This document shows, one piece after another, positions 21,685-30,696 of a DNA stretch of 64,000 nucleotides. Below the pieces are notes generated by a model. That model was not told the DNA's origin and searched no databases. It was given only the letters and a program-made list of their open reading frames with translations. Positions within the stretch are counted from its first letter, which is position 1, and each line of letters starts with the position of its first letter. Source of the stretch: an uncultured Collinsella sp. (GTDB taxonomy: Bacteria; Actinomycetota; Coriobacteriia; Coriobacteriales; Coriobacteriaceae); NCBI GenBank assembly GCA_902494535.1, contig CABUTO010000006.1:4237-68236 (forward strand), written 5' to 3'. The translations under genes and the position numbers were made by a program.

Positions 21685-23138
21685 CGAGCAATCGCCTTCT
21701 CAACGCACGCGACGAGCGTCGATGCCGCCGTCTCGATATCGCGGTCGCCCACGAGTGTACGCATGTCAAACAGGACGCGATCGTGCGAGGCGCGTGTGAC
21801 GACCGGCGTGTCGAAATCTTGGACGAGCGAGCGCTTGAGTGCGTCAACGGAAAGACGCTCATCGACGAGGCGCACGGCAACGCACATGGTAGGCAGCTCG
21901 ACGGTAGGCAGCGAACCGCCGCCGGGAGTCGACGACTCCTCGACGATTTCCACCTGCACGGCGCGCGGGCAACCCGCCTTATCGAGGCCCGCCACCATCA
22001 GCTCGCGCAGTTTGCGTGCGCGGCGCTCCAGATGAGCCTGCGGAAGCGTGAGCATGTTTAGCACCGGCACCTCGCGATGGGCCACATCCGCCCCATCCAT
22101 GTAGATGCGCAGTGTAGCCTCGAGCGCCGCCAGTGCGAGCTTGCCCGGGCGTAGGGCACGCATAAGCGGATGCGACCCGCAGGCCTGGACCAGATCGCGA
22201 CGGCCCATGATAATGCCCGCCTGTGCGGCACCGAGCAGCTTATCGCCCGAGCACGACACCAGATCGAGCCCTGCCGAAACCGAAGCCGGCGTGGTTTCTT
22301 CGCCGCCGCGCACCAAGATGTCGTCGGGCAACAGCGCGCCCGAACCCTGGTCCTCGTAGAACAGCAGACCATGCTTGTGGGCCAGGGCGGCAAGCTCCCG
22401 AGAGCCCACTTCCTCGTGAAAGCCCTCGATGCGATAGTTGGAAGGATGGACCTTGAGGATCATCGCCGTATCGGGCGTGATGGCTTGCTCATAATCAGCC
22501 AGGTGCGTGCGGTTGGTGGCGCCGACCTCGACGAGTTTGGCGCCCGAAGCCGCCATGACATCGGGGATGCGGAAGCTGCCGCCGATCTCGACAAGCTCGC
22601 CGCGGCTGACGATGACCTCCTTGCCTGCGGCATGGGTCGCCAGCACCAGCAGCACAGCGGCGGCGTTGTTGTTAACGACCAGCGCGTCCTCGGCACCGGT
22701 AAGCGAGCGGATGAGCTGCGCGGCGTGCTCCTTGCGCGACCCGCGCGAGCAGGTGTCCACGCTGTACTCGAGCGTGCTGTAGCCACGCGCGACCTCGGCC
22801 ACGGCCTTTGCCGCCGACTCCGCGAGCGGGGCGCGACCCAAGTTGGTATGGATGACCACACCCGTGGCGTTGACGGCAGGGCGCAGGCTCGGCAGTGCGG
22901 ATCGATGCGCACGCCACTCGATGGCCGAGGCCAGGTCGCGCTTGGAACGCGGGGCGGCGCCGGCACGAATCGCGGCGCGCTCCTCGTCGAGCTCGGCCGT
23001 GACGGCGGCATGCACCACCGCGTCGCAGGTCTCCCCCGCCGCCTTCACAACCGGCCACTCTGCGAGCAGCTCGTTGACGGAAGGAATAGCGCGAAGGCGG
23101 GCGCGTACCTCATCGGACATGTTCTGGCTATCGCTCAT
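21681..23138 (-). CDS. selA: L-seryl-tRNA(Sec) selenium transferase
   Basis: Full-length SelA-like sequence (IPSVNELL N-terminus, PLP region SGDKLLGAAQAG). Confidence 0.95.
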   Translation of the reverse strand: MSDSQNMSDEVRARLRAIPSVNELLAEWPVVKAAGETCDAVVHAAVTAELDEERAAIRAGAAPRSKRDLASAIEWRAHRSALPSLRPAVNATGVVIHTNLGRAPLAESAAKAVAEVARGYSTLEYSVDTCSRGSRKEHAAQLIRSLTGAEDALVVNNNAAAVLLVLATHAAGKEVIVSRGELVEIGGSFRIPDVMAASGAKLVEVGATNRTHLADYEQAITPDTAMILKVHPSNYRIEGFHEEVGSRELAALAHKHGLLFYEDQGSGALLPDDILVRGGEETTPASVSAGLDLVSCSGDKLLGAAQAGIIMGRRDLVQACGSHPLMRALRPGKLALAALEATLRIYMDGADVAHREVPVLNMLTLPQAHLERRARKLRELMVAGLDKAGCPRAVQVEIVEESSTPGGGSLPTVELPTMCVAVRLVDERLSVDALKRSLVQDFDTPVVTRASHDRVLFDMRTLVGDRDIETAASTLVACVEKAIAR

Positions 23139-23214
23139 GTGCGACCTTTCAAAACCAAAGGTGAATCAATCGTTCGAACGTCAAACTATCAGCCAATTCG
23201 ATCGGCTGAGTCAA

Positions 23215-25332
23215 TCAATCGCTATTATCCTCGCGTGCCGCGATCTTTTCCACGCGAACGGCGTTTTCCTGGGTGAGCGCAGCGCCCGTCAACGGGTCCC
23301 AACGCAACGGCGTATGGTCGAGCGGACCCACGCCCAAGGCTTGAGCGCCACCGACATCGGCGCCAAACGAACGCCCGCCGGGAGCGGCCGAGGTGAAGAT
23401 GCACGCCGGATGCAGATACGGCGTCATCTCCACGCGCACGCGATCGCGGCCCATATCGCTCACGAGCTCGACGACCTCGCCGTCGGCGATGCCCATGTGC
23501 GCAGCAGCATCGGCATTCATCTGCACGGCATCCAGGTCCGATCCAGCCTCGGCGGCACCGGCCGCCGCAAGCCTTCGCGAGGTATGCGACTCAAAGGGAC
23601 GGTTGCCGCTAATGAGGCGAAACATCCCCGGGCCGGGCTCCACCATGGGAGCAATCCAGTTGGGTACACGGCCCAGGCCGGCTCGTTCCCATACGTCGCT
23701 TGCCAGCGCAATTTTACCGCTATCCAAGGGAATCGCCGGCTCGCCCGTAAGCGACGGCAACGTAACACCCGTGTCGGCCCAGCCGCGCTCCTTGAGCTCG
23801 TCCAGATTGATCCCAAAAGGCGCCACCTGGGCAGCCGCCAGATCGTCAGACGTAAACTGGAAGTACTCGCCCACGCCACACGCCTGCGCCAGACCGGCAA
23901 AAATCTCCCGACCGGAACGCGTGTCGTCATGTAACACGGGCAGCACGGCGTTGCGGTAGAACACGCGCGAATCATTGGCGCCCACGACTGTGCCCACACC
24001 GCGGTCGGCCTCCAGATACGTCACGTCGGGCAGCACGAAGTCAGAAGCGCGCGCCGTCTCGGACCAGCGAATATCAATCGTCACGAGCAGGTCAAGCTGC
24101 TGCAAAATACCCAACCAAGCCTGCGCATTGCCATAGCCCGCACCGGGGTTACTGGCATAGACGATGAGTCCACGCAAATCGCCAGCAAGAATCGACTGAC
24201 CGATGGTCGTGCACAGGCCGCGCACCGGATCGACCAGTGGATAGCGCTCGGACCCCAACTTGGGCTCACGTGGCATCGACGGCGTCGCGAAACGCGCAGG
24301 GTCCAAATCGCCCAAAGCAAGCGGCGTGGGCGGGTTGAGGGCACCGCCCGCGTGTCCGATGCAGCCCAGCAGCACATCGACCAGACAAATCGCGCGCGCG
24401 GTCTGGGTGCTATTGGCATACGCGATACCGATGCCGCCATGAAAGCCGGCGTCCACCACGGCAGCAGGCGCGGCGGCAGCTAGATCACGCGCAGTCGATC
24501 GGATATCGTCCGCCGACACGTCGCACATCGACTCGGCCCACTCAGGCGTCCAAGCACGGGACGCCTGCGCCAGCTCGTCAAAGCCCGTGGTATAGCGGGT
24601 CACGAACTCGTGGTCGTACAAGTCCTCGGCAATGAGCACATGCGCAATGCCCAGCAGCAAGGCCAGGTCGCAGCCCGGGCGCACGCGCAGCCAGCGGTCG
24701 GCAAGCGCAGCCGAGCCGCTGCGCCGGGGGTCGACCACGATAATCTTCGCCCCACGGCGACGGGCATCGTTGAGCGCGTCAACGGCCCCCATCGTCGACG
24801 AATCGACAATGGAACGCCCAAGGTACATGATGCAATTGGTGTGCGCTAGGTCGGAGGCGGGACTATAGCCCAGGCTGTGCTCCCAACCGGTAAGTCGGCT
24901 TACCTCGCAGGCGCCATCGGCACCGTACACGTTGGGCGAGCCCAGCGCATGCATAAAGCGATACGCCCAGTAGCGGTCGAACGAGGGCACGCCGAGCGTC
25001 ATGCCCAGCGCACGGGGCCCGCATTCGTCAACAATCCCCAAAAGACGCTCGGCAATCTGGGCAAACGCCTCGTCCCAGGTAATCGCATCGAACCCCGAGC
25101 CATCAGTTCGTCGGCGCATGGGATGCACAATGCGATCGCGCTCGTCAAACGGCATTGCCAGGCGATGCCGTCCGCGGGCGCACAGGGCACGCGCCGCGCA
25201 CGGATGTCCCGGCACCGGCAACTCGGCCACCACACGCCCATCCTTAACATGGGCCGCAAAGGCGCAATCGGCATAGCATCCCCCGCATGTGGTCACCACG
25301 GCGCGACCGTCACGCTTCACAGCAGATGCCAT
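23215..25332 (-). CDS. Molybdopterin (bis-MGD, DMSO-reductase superfamily) oxidoreductase, cytoplasmic, substrate unknown
   Basis: N-terminal 4Fe-4S motif CGGCYADC...C, then molybdopterin oxidoreductase and C-terminal MGD-binding domains. Start trimmed to MASAVKRDG (ATG at 25332, AAAGGGG RBS). No Tat or signal sequence. Confidence 0.8.
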   Translation of the reverse strand: MASAVKRDGRAVVTTCGGCYADCAFAAHVKDGRVVAELPVPGHPCAARALCARGRHRLAMPFDERDRIVHPMRRRTDGSGFDAITWDEAFAQIAERLLGIVDECGPRALGMTLGVPSFDRYWAYRFMHALGSPNVYGADGACEVSRLTGWEHSLGYSPASDLAHTNCIMYLGRSIVDSSTMGAVDALNDARRRGAKIIVVDPRRSGSAALADRWLRVRPGCDLALLLGIAHVLIAEDLYDHEFVTRYTTGFDELAQASRAWTPEWAESMCDVSADDIRSTARDLAAAAPAAVVDAGFHGGIGIAYANSTQTARAICLVDVLLGCIGHAGGALNPPTPLALGDLDPARFATPSMPREPKLGSERYPLVDPVRGLCTTIGQSILAGDLRGLIVYASNPGAGYGNAQAWLGILQQLDLLVTIDIRWSETARASDFVLPDVTYLEADRGVGTVVGANDSRVFYRNAVLPVLHDDTRSGREIFAGLAQACGVGEYFQFTSDDLAAAQVAPFGINLDELKERGWADTGVTLPSLTGEPAIPLDSGKIALASDVWERAGLGRVPNWIAPMVEPGPGMFRLISGNRPFESHTSRRLAAAGAAEAGSDLDAVQMNADAAAHMGIADGEVVELVSDMGRDRVRVEMTPYLHPACIFTSAAPGGRSFGADVGGAQALGVGPLDHTPLRWDPLTGAALTQENAVRVEKIAAREDNSD

Positions 25333-25454
25333 CTCGATTACCCCTTTCATCAGCCAAACACAACAGGCCAAAAGCCCGGCAACGAGCCCCAGACCCAAAA
25401 AGCCTCCCGCACGGAAACGCCCCGCGGGAGGCCCAACGTCAAACAGACGGTACC

Positions 25455-26294
25455 TTACGCCTCGGACTTCTTGGCGTAGATAAACCAGTAGCCGAGCGCG
25501 ACCAGAACCGCGCCGCCCACGATGTTGCCCAGCGTGGCGGCGGATAGGTTAAACGTAATACCCGCAACGTTGAGCGCATCGGCCCCGGCAACCTTGGCAC
25601 CATAGCCGCACGCGTGCATCACGGCACCCATGGGCAAAAAGTACATGTTGGCAACGCAGTGCTCAAAACCGCAGGCCACAAAGGCGGCGATGGGCAGCAA
25701 AATGCCCACAACCTTATCGACTACGGTCTTGCCCGCAGTACCAATCCACACGGCCAGGCACACAAAGATATTGCACAGGATGCCACGGAAGAAGATCGTC
25801 ACCCAGTCGATCGTCACCTTGCCGGCGGCGACGCTCACCATGGAGTTGGCGACCGCCTCGCCGTTGAGTTTATAGATGCCGGCCATGTACACCAAAAAGA
25901 CGATGAACAGAGCACCGACAAAATTGCCGACCCACACGACGACCCAGGCCTTAAGCATCTGGACAAGGGTGATCTTTTTGCTCTTGAGTGCGCAGACCAT
26001 AAGCGAATTGCCGGTAAACAGCTCGGCGCCGCACACCAGCACCAACACCAGGCCCAGGCAAAAGCACAGGCCGCCCACGACGCGCTGGGCACCCCAGCCC
26101 AGCGTGCTGTCGCTCAAAAACACCGTAAAGAACAGGCCGCCGAAGGCGATAAACGCGCCGGCGAACATTGCCAACAGAAAGGCCTTAGCGACCGGCAGGT
26201 TAGCCTTGGTCACGCCGGCGGCCTCGGTCTTGGCCTCGATCGCGGCGGGCGCCAGGCAATCGGGAGCGGGATACTCCACCTTGGAATCTGCCAT
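25455..26294 (-). CDS. focA: Formate/nitrite transporter family channel (FocA/FocB-like)
   Basis: FNT family membrane protein at the position that focB occupies after the hyf genes. Start trimmed to MADSKVEYP (ATG at 26294). Confidence 0.9.
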   Translation of the reverse strand: MADSKVEYPAPDCLAPAAIEAKTEAAGVTKANLPVAKAFLLAMFAGAFIAFGGLFFTVFLSDSTLGWGAQRVVGGLCFCLGLVLVLVCGAELFTGNSLMVCALKSKKITLVQMLKAWVVVWVGNFVGALFIVFLVYMAGIYKLNGEAVANSMVSVAAGKVTIDWVTIFFRGILCNIFVCLAVWIGTAGKTVVDKVVGILLPIAAFVACGFEHCVANMYFLPMGAVMHACGYGAKVAGADALNVAGITFNLSAATLGNIVGGAVLVALGYWFIYAKKSEA

Positions 26295-26333
26295 GTCAAT
26301 CACTTCTTTCCTATTCAGCAGAGACAAGCGCTG

Positions 26334-26837
26334 CTATTGTTCCTGCCCCAAGCGGACAAAGTGGGAAAAGTCGTTGGCGGCCACGGCGTCGTACACGGCG
26401 TCGACGGCCTCAAAGACCTCCGGGGACATGGGGTTGTAAAACTCCGTATCGCCCGGCTGAATCCCTATGAAGACGATATCTTCGCACGATTGCTCAATCT
26501 CTTCGATCAGAATCGACAAGGGAAGCGAATGCGTGGTGAACATCGACTTGCGGGCCACATCACGTTTGTCGAGCAAGCGGATGGCGCCGACGGGCAGCGC
26601 CATGTCGGCGGCATCGACCAAAACCAAACGCGGCGGACGTTCGCGCTTGACCTCGATGATGTCATCCTCGGGCGTCTGACCGCCATCGATGGTGTACCAG
26701 CCGGCAAGCGGCGTGTCCTCCATCTTTTTGGAGAGCACGGGGCCAGCGGCATCGTCGGCACGCAGCACGCTTCCCGCCGTGAGCACGATACCCGCAAACG
26801 GGGCGCCGTTCACACGACCATCCACAACGCGACCCAT
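26334..26837 (-). CDS. hycI: Hydrogenase 3/4 large-subunit maturation endopeptidase
   Basis: HycI-like sequence (GSVLRADDAAGPVL; LVLVDAADM). TAATG overlap with the upstream gene. Confidence 0.85.
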   Translation of the reverse strand: MGRVVDGRVNGAPFAGIVLTAGSVLRADDAAGPVLSKKMEDTPLAGWYTIDGGQTPEDDIIEVKRERPPRLVLVDAADMALPVGAIRLLDKRDVARKSMFTTHSLPLSILIEEIEQSCEDIVFIGIQPGDTEFYNPMSPEVFEAVDAVYDAVAANDFSHFVRLGQEQ

Positions 26838-27418
26838 TACTGCAACCTTCCCGTCAGATACACGCCCGACACATCGCGAACGCGCTCAACCAGATCGCGA
26901 AACTTCATTAAGAACGCGACCTGCTGGGCATGAAGGCCAAAGTCGTCATCGAACACCGAGATGCCGGCCTTGGCAGAACCGCGAAAACCGCGCTCGTCGA
27001 GCAGCGCATCGCAGGCCTCGAGCAGCGACGGCACCGCCGCCTTGTCGAGCTGGCACTCACCAAAGGAGTGGATGGCCTCAAACTTGGTCTTGGCCTCCCC
27101 CTCCGGCAGCGCGTCGACGAGCGAATAGAACACGTTCACCGGCACCGACAGGCGCGGCTCAAAGCAATCGAGCACGCCGGTGTGGTGGCCCACGGCGAGC
27201 GTGTAGTACAGCACGTCGCAGGCCTCCTGGGGAACGTCTTCCTCGGTCTCCACAAACTTACGCGTGAGCTCGTAGAAGACCACCTGGTCGGGCGTATGGC
27301 CCAGGCAGGGGTCGGCGACGCCCTCGGCAGCCTCGTCGCTTGCGCGCGAGGCATCGCCAAAAGAGCCGCCGAGCATGCCGGGACCCGCAAAGTAACCAGA
27401 GCGGTCCGTGAGCTCCAT
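26837..27418 (-). CDS. hyfJ: Formate hydrogenlyase maturation protein HycH/HyfJ with an N-terminal extension
   Basis: The core VVFYELTRKF...YYTLAVGHHTGVLDC parallels E. coli HycH (VVFSQLSRKF...YYSLAIGHHLGVIDC). About 45 extra N-terminal residues. Confidence 0.8.
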   Translation of the reverse strand: MELTDRSGYFAGPGMLGGSFGDASRASDEAAEGVADPCLGHTPDQVVFYELTRKFVETEEDVPQEACDVLYYTLAVGHHTGVLDCFEPRLSVPVNVFYSLVDALPEGEAKTKFEAIHSFGECQLDKAAVPSLLEACDALLDERGFRGSAKAGISVFDDDFGLHAQQVAFLMKFRDLVERVRDVSGVYLTGRLQ

Positions 27419-28201
27419 CTAGCGACCTCCGGCCAGCACCAGATCCTGCAGCGCCGAGTACACCTCGACGCGGCGCGGATCGTCCTGCTTGTCGATGAGC
27501 AGCGCCATGGCACCGCGGATATCGCCCTTGGGCGCGCCCTCGAGCGTATCCATAAACTCGTTGGCCAGGTCGCGGCCGTAACGGTAGCCGCTCATGGCGC
27601 GAGCCTCGCGCTCGATGGCAACGCGCAGCTTGTACGGCACGCCGGGGTGCAGGATATCGGCCTGCTCGCCGGCGGCCTCCACCGTGGTCTCGGCATGGAG
27701 CTTTTGGTCCAGCAGACCGAGTGCCATGGCGAAGCCGTAGATGGTCTGCGCGGGGCTGGGCGGGCAGCCGGGGATGTAGACGTCGACCGGCAGAATCTTG
27801 TCCGTGCCGCCCCAGACGCAGTAGTTGTCGTAGAAGATGCCGCCGGTGCAGCCGCACGCGCCATAGGACACCACGATCTTGGGATCGGGTGCGGCCTCAA
27901 AGGCGCGCAGGGCCGGCATGCGCATGGCACGCGTCACAGCGCCGGTGTACAGCAGCACATCGGCGTGACGGGGCGAGGGCACGACCTTGATGCCAAAGCG
28001 CTCGACGTCGAAGACGGGCGTGATGGAACCGAAGATCTCGATCTCGCAGCCGTTGCAGCCGCCACAGTCAACACGGTAGACGTACACCGAGCGCTTGATC
28101 TTCTTAAGAAGGGTCGCCTTGGCCTTCTCGATGCTCTCGTCGAGCTCGATCTTGGTCGGGCGGTACTGAAGCCGCTCGGGCAAAAGCGTGGGTTCGGCCA
28201 T
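27419..28201 (-). CDS. hyfI: Group 4 [NiFe] hydrogenase small subunit (NuoB-like)
   Basis: NuoB/HycG-type Cys pattern (GGCNGC...GACGC...PGCPP) and matching size. Confidence 0.9.
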   Translation of the reverse strand: MAEPTLLPERLQYRPTKIELDESIEKAKATLLKKIKRSVYVYRVDCGGCNGCEIEIFGSITPVFDVERFGIKVVPSPRHADVLLYTGAVTRAMRMPALRAFEAAPDPKIVVSYGACGCTGGIFYDNYCVWGGTDKILPVDVYIPGCPPSPAQTIYGFAMALGLLDQKLHAETTVEAAGEQADILHPGVPYKLRVAIEREARAMSGYRYGRDLANEFMDTLEGAPKGDIRGAMALLIDKQDDPRRVEVYSALQDLVLAGGR

Positions 28202-28203
28202 GG

Positions 28204-28908
28204 TTACTCCTCCTTCGTATCAAAATCCATGATGATGCCCTCGACCGGCGCCGGACCGGCGGGAATCTCGGGCGCATCGGGGTTGAGCTCGCGGTCGATA
28301 TACTCCGGGTTCACGCCGTGGCCGCCCAGATACTCCATGCCGGGGCCCTGGGGCTCGCCGGACGCAAGTGTCTCGTTGGCAGCCATACCGGCAGCGTTGC
28401 CGGTCTTTACGGCCGAGGCGGCGCGCAGGGCGTCGAGCTCGCGCTTGCACTCCTGGCACATACCGACGGTACGGGCGGCCTGCTCGGCCTCCATGCCGCC
28501 GGCCTTTTGCAGCAGGCGCTTGGCGTAGTCGATCTCCTTGTGCGGGGCAAACGGCTTGCCGCAACGCGAGCAGTGCTCGAGCGTATAGACGCTCTTGCTG
28601 GTGAGGTCGTCCTTGCTCATGACGGCCAGCTCAAACTCCTCGGTGAGCTTGATGGCCTCCATGGGGCAGGCCTCCTCGCAGCGGCCGCAAAAGATGCAGC
28701 GACCGTAGTCGATCGACCAGGTAATGGTATCGGCCGCAAGGTCGGTGTCCATGCGAATGGCATCGGCCGGGCACGCCACGCCGCAGGCACCGCAGGCGAT
28801 GCAGAGCTCGGCGTTGTGCTCGGGCTTACCGCGCATGTCCTTGTTGGTGGGAAACGGCGCAAACGGGTACTTGACCGTCGCGCGCCGGCCTTGGCGTTGA
28901 TCTTCCAA
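28204..28908 (-). CDS. hyfH: Formate hydrogenlyase 2x[4Fe-4S] subunit (NuoI/HycF-like) with a roughly 50-70-aa C-terminal tail
   Basis: CIACGACGVACP and CIFCGRCEEACP, plus CSRCG...CQEC. The low-complexity Pro/Gly/Glu tail has no E. coli counterpart (HycF/HyfH are about 180 aa, from my recollection). Confidence 0.85.
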   Translation of the reverse strand: MEDQRQGRRATVKYPFAPFPTNKDMRGKPEHNAELCIACGACGVACPADAIRMDTDLAADTITWSIDYGRCIFCGRCEEACPMEAIKLTEEFELAVMSKDDLTSKSVYTLEHCSRCGKPFAPHKEIDYAKRLLQKAGGMEAEQAARTVGMCQECKRELDALRAASAVKTGNAAGMAANETLASGEPQGPGMEYLGGHGVNPEYIDRELNPDAPEIPAGPAPVEGIIMDFDTKEE

Positions 28909-28920
28909 AGCTTCAGCATA

Positions 28921-30693
28921 TTAGAGCGCCTCCTCATCGAGCGGAGCGGCCATGGTGCCCTCGCCCGCAAGCGGCGACTTGTCGCGCCAGACGTTCTCGA
29001 ACTGCTCCTTGTCGAGCACGTGGTCGCGCTTGGCGGCGACATCGGTCACCGTCACGCGGTCGGTGCAGGAGTAGCACGGGTCGAGCGAGCCGACGATCAG
29101 CGCCGCGTCGCCCACGGTGTTGCCGCGGAACATGTAGCGCAGGACCGGCCAGTTGCTGTAAGTAGCGGCCTTGGCGCGCCAGCGGTAGCACTTCTGGTTA
29201 TTGCCGAGCATCGCCCAGTGCACGTCCTCGCCACGCGGCGCCTCGGTGGCACCGATGGCGTACTTGTGCGGGGTGTACTCCCAATCCGTGGTGAGGATGG
29301 GGCCCGACGGGCAGTTCTCGAGCATGGTCTCGATCATGTCAATCGAATCGTAGACCTCCTGGATGCGAACGGCGGTACGGCCGAAGGCATCGCAGGTGTC
29401 GGCCGTAGCGGCGTGCATCTTTTGGACGTCCGGATCGGCGTAGCCGTCGAAGGGATGGTCAAAGCGCACGTCGCGGGCATAGCCCGAGCCACGCATGAGC
29501 GGGCCGACCGGCGAGAAGTCACGTGCAATCTTGCGGTCCAAGATGCCGATGCCACTCGTGCGCTCAATGAAGTTGGGCGTCGAGAGCAAGACGTCGACGA
29601 GCTCCTGAACCTCGGAGCGCAGCTGGTGGATGGTCGTGAGCGTGGAGAGCTTCTGCTCGGCCAAAATGTCGCGACGCACGCCGCCGATCACGTTGAGGCC
29701 GTAGGTCTTGCGGTGACCGGAGAGCTTCTCGGCCAGGTCCATGGACTTCTCGCGGACGCGGAAGAACTGCTGGAAGCCGGAGTCGAAGCCCGTGTAGTGA
29801 GACGCCAGGCCAATGTTGAGCAGATGAGAGTGCAGGCGCTCGACCTCGAGCATGATAGCGCGGATGTACTGGGCGCGCGGCGGGACATGGATGCCCTGGG
29901 CGCGCTCGACGGCCTCGGCATAGGCCACCGAGTGGGCGCAGCCGCAGATGCCGCAGATGCGGTCGGCGAGGAACGTCACGGCATCATAGTTCAGGCGCGT
30001 CTCGGCGACCTTCTCCATGCCGCGGTGCACGTAGAACAGACGGTAGTCGGCGTCGACGATCGTCTCGCCCTCGACGAACAGGCGGAAGTGACCGGGCTCG
30101 TCGGAGGTAATGTGCAACGGGCCCATGGGGACAAGCGTGGTCTCCTTGCCCTTGGTATCAGCCAAGAACTCGTAGTTTTCCATGTCGCTCGCGGGAGCGG
30201 GACGGAAACGGTAGTCCATGGAGTCCTTGCGCAGCGGGTACAGGCCGCTGGGCCAGTCATCGGGCAGTACCAGGCGGCGACGGTCGGGCAGACCCTCGGG
30301 GATCAGGCCGAACATGTCGCGCAGCTCGCGCTCGCCCCACACGCAGGCGGGGACGAACGGCGTCACGGACGGGAACGTCATCTTGGCGGGATCGACCTCG
30401 GTGCGCACGGTCACCCAGCCGGGATCCTCCCCCTCCATGGAGATGACGTAGTACACGGCGTAACGGCCGCACAGGCTGCGCTCATCGTTGCCGATGATCA
30501 CGGGAATCCAGCCGTAGCGCTCGTAATACAGGTAGTGGACGGCCTCGGGCAGCTTGTCCTGCTTGACGGTAATCGTCAGCTGGTCCTCGCACTGCCACTC
30601 GACCTTCTCGATGCAGCCCGGAACGGCGCGGCGCAGGGCCTCGACATGGCTCTCGCAGCGACGGGCATACACCTTGTTCTCAGTTTCAATCAT
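28921..30693 (-). CDS. hyfG: Group 4 [NiFe] hydrogenase large subunit (NuoC-NuoD fusion, HycE/HyfG)
   Basis: Ni-Fe ligand motifs RICGICGCAHS and DPCYSCTDR, plus a C-terminal extension for HycI processing. Confidence 0.95.
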   Translation of the reverse strand: MIETENKVYARRCESHVEALRRAVPGCIEKVEWQCEDQLTITVKQDKLPEAVHYLYYERYGWIPVIIGNDERSLCGRYAVYYVISMEGEDPGWVTVRTEVDPAKMTFPSVTPFVPACVWGERELRDMFGLIPEGLPDRRRLVLPDDWPSGLYPLRKDSMDYRFRPAPASDMENYEFLADTKGKETTLVPMGPLHITSDEPGHFRLFVEGETIVDADYRLFYVHRGMEKVAETRLNYDAVTFLADRICGICGCAHSVAYAEAVERAQGIHVPPRAQYIRAIMLEVERLHSHLLNIGLASHYTGFDSGFQQFFRVREKSMDLAEKLSGHRKTYGLNVIGGVRRDILAEQKLSTLTTIHQLRSEVQELVDVLLSTPNFIERTSGIGILDRKIARDFSPVGPLMRGSGYARDVRFDHPFDGYADPDVQKMHAATADTCDAFGRTAVRIQEVYDSIDMIETMLENCPSGPILTTDWEYTPHKYAIGATEAPRGEDVHWAMLGNNQKCYRWRAKAATYSNWPVLRYMFRGNTVGDAALIVGSLDPCYSCTDRVTVTDVAAKRDHVLDKEQFENVWRDKSPLAGEGTMAAPLDEEAL

Positions 30694-30696
30694 TCG

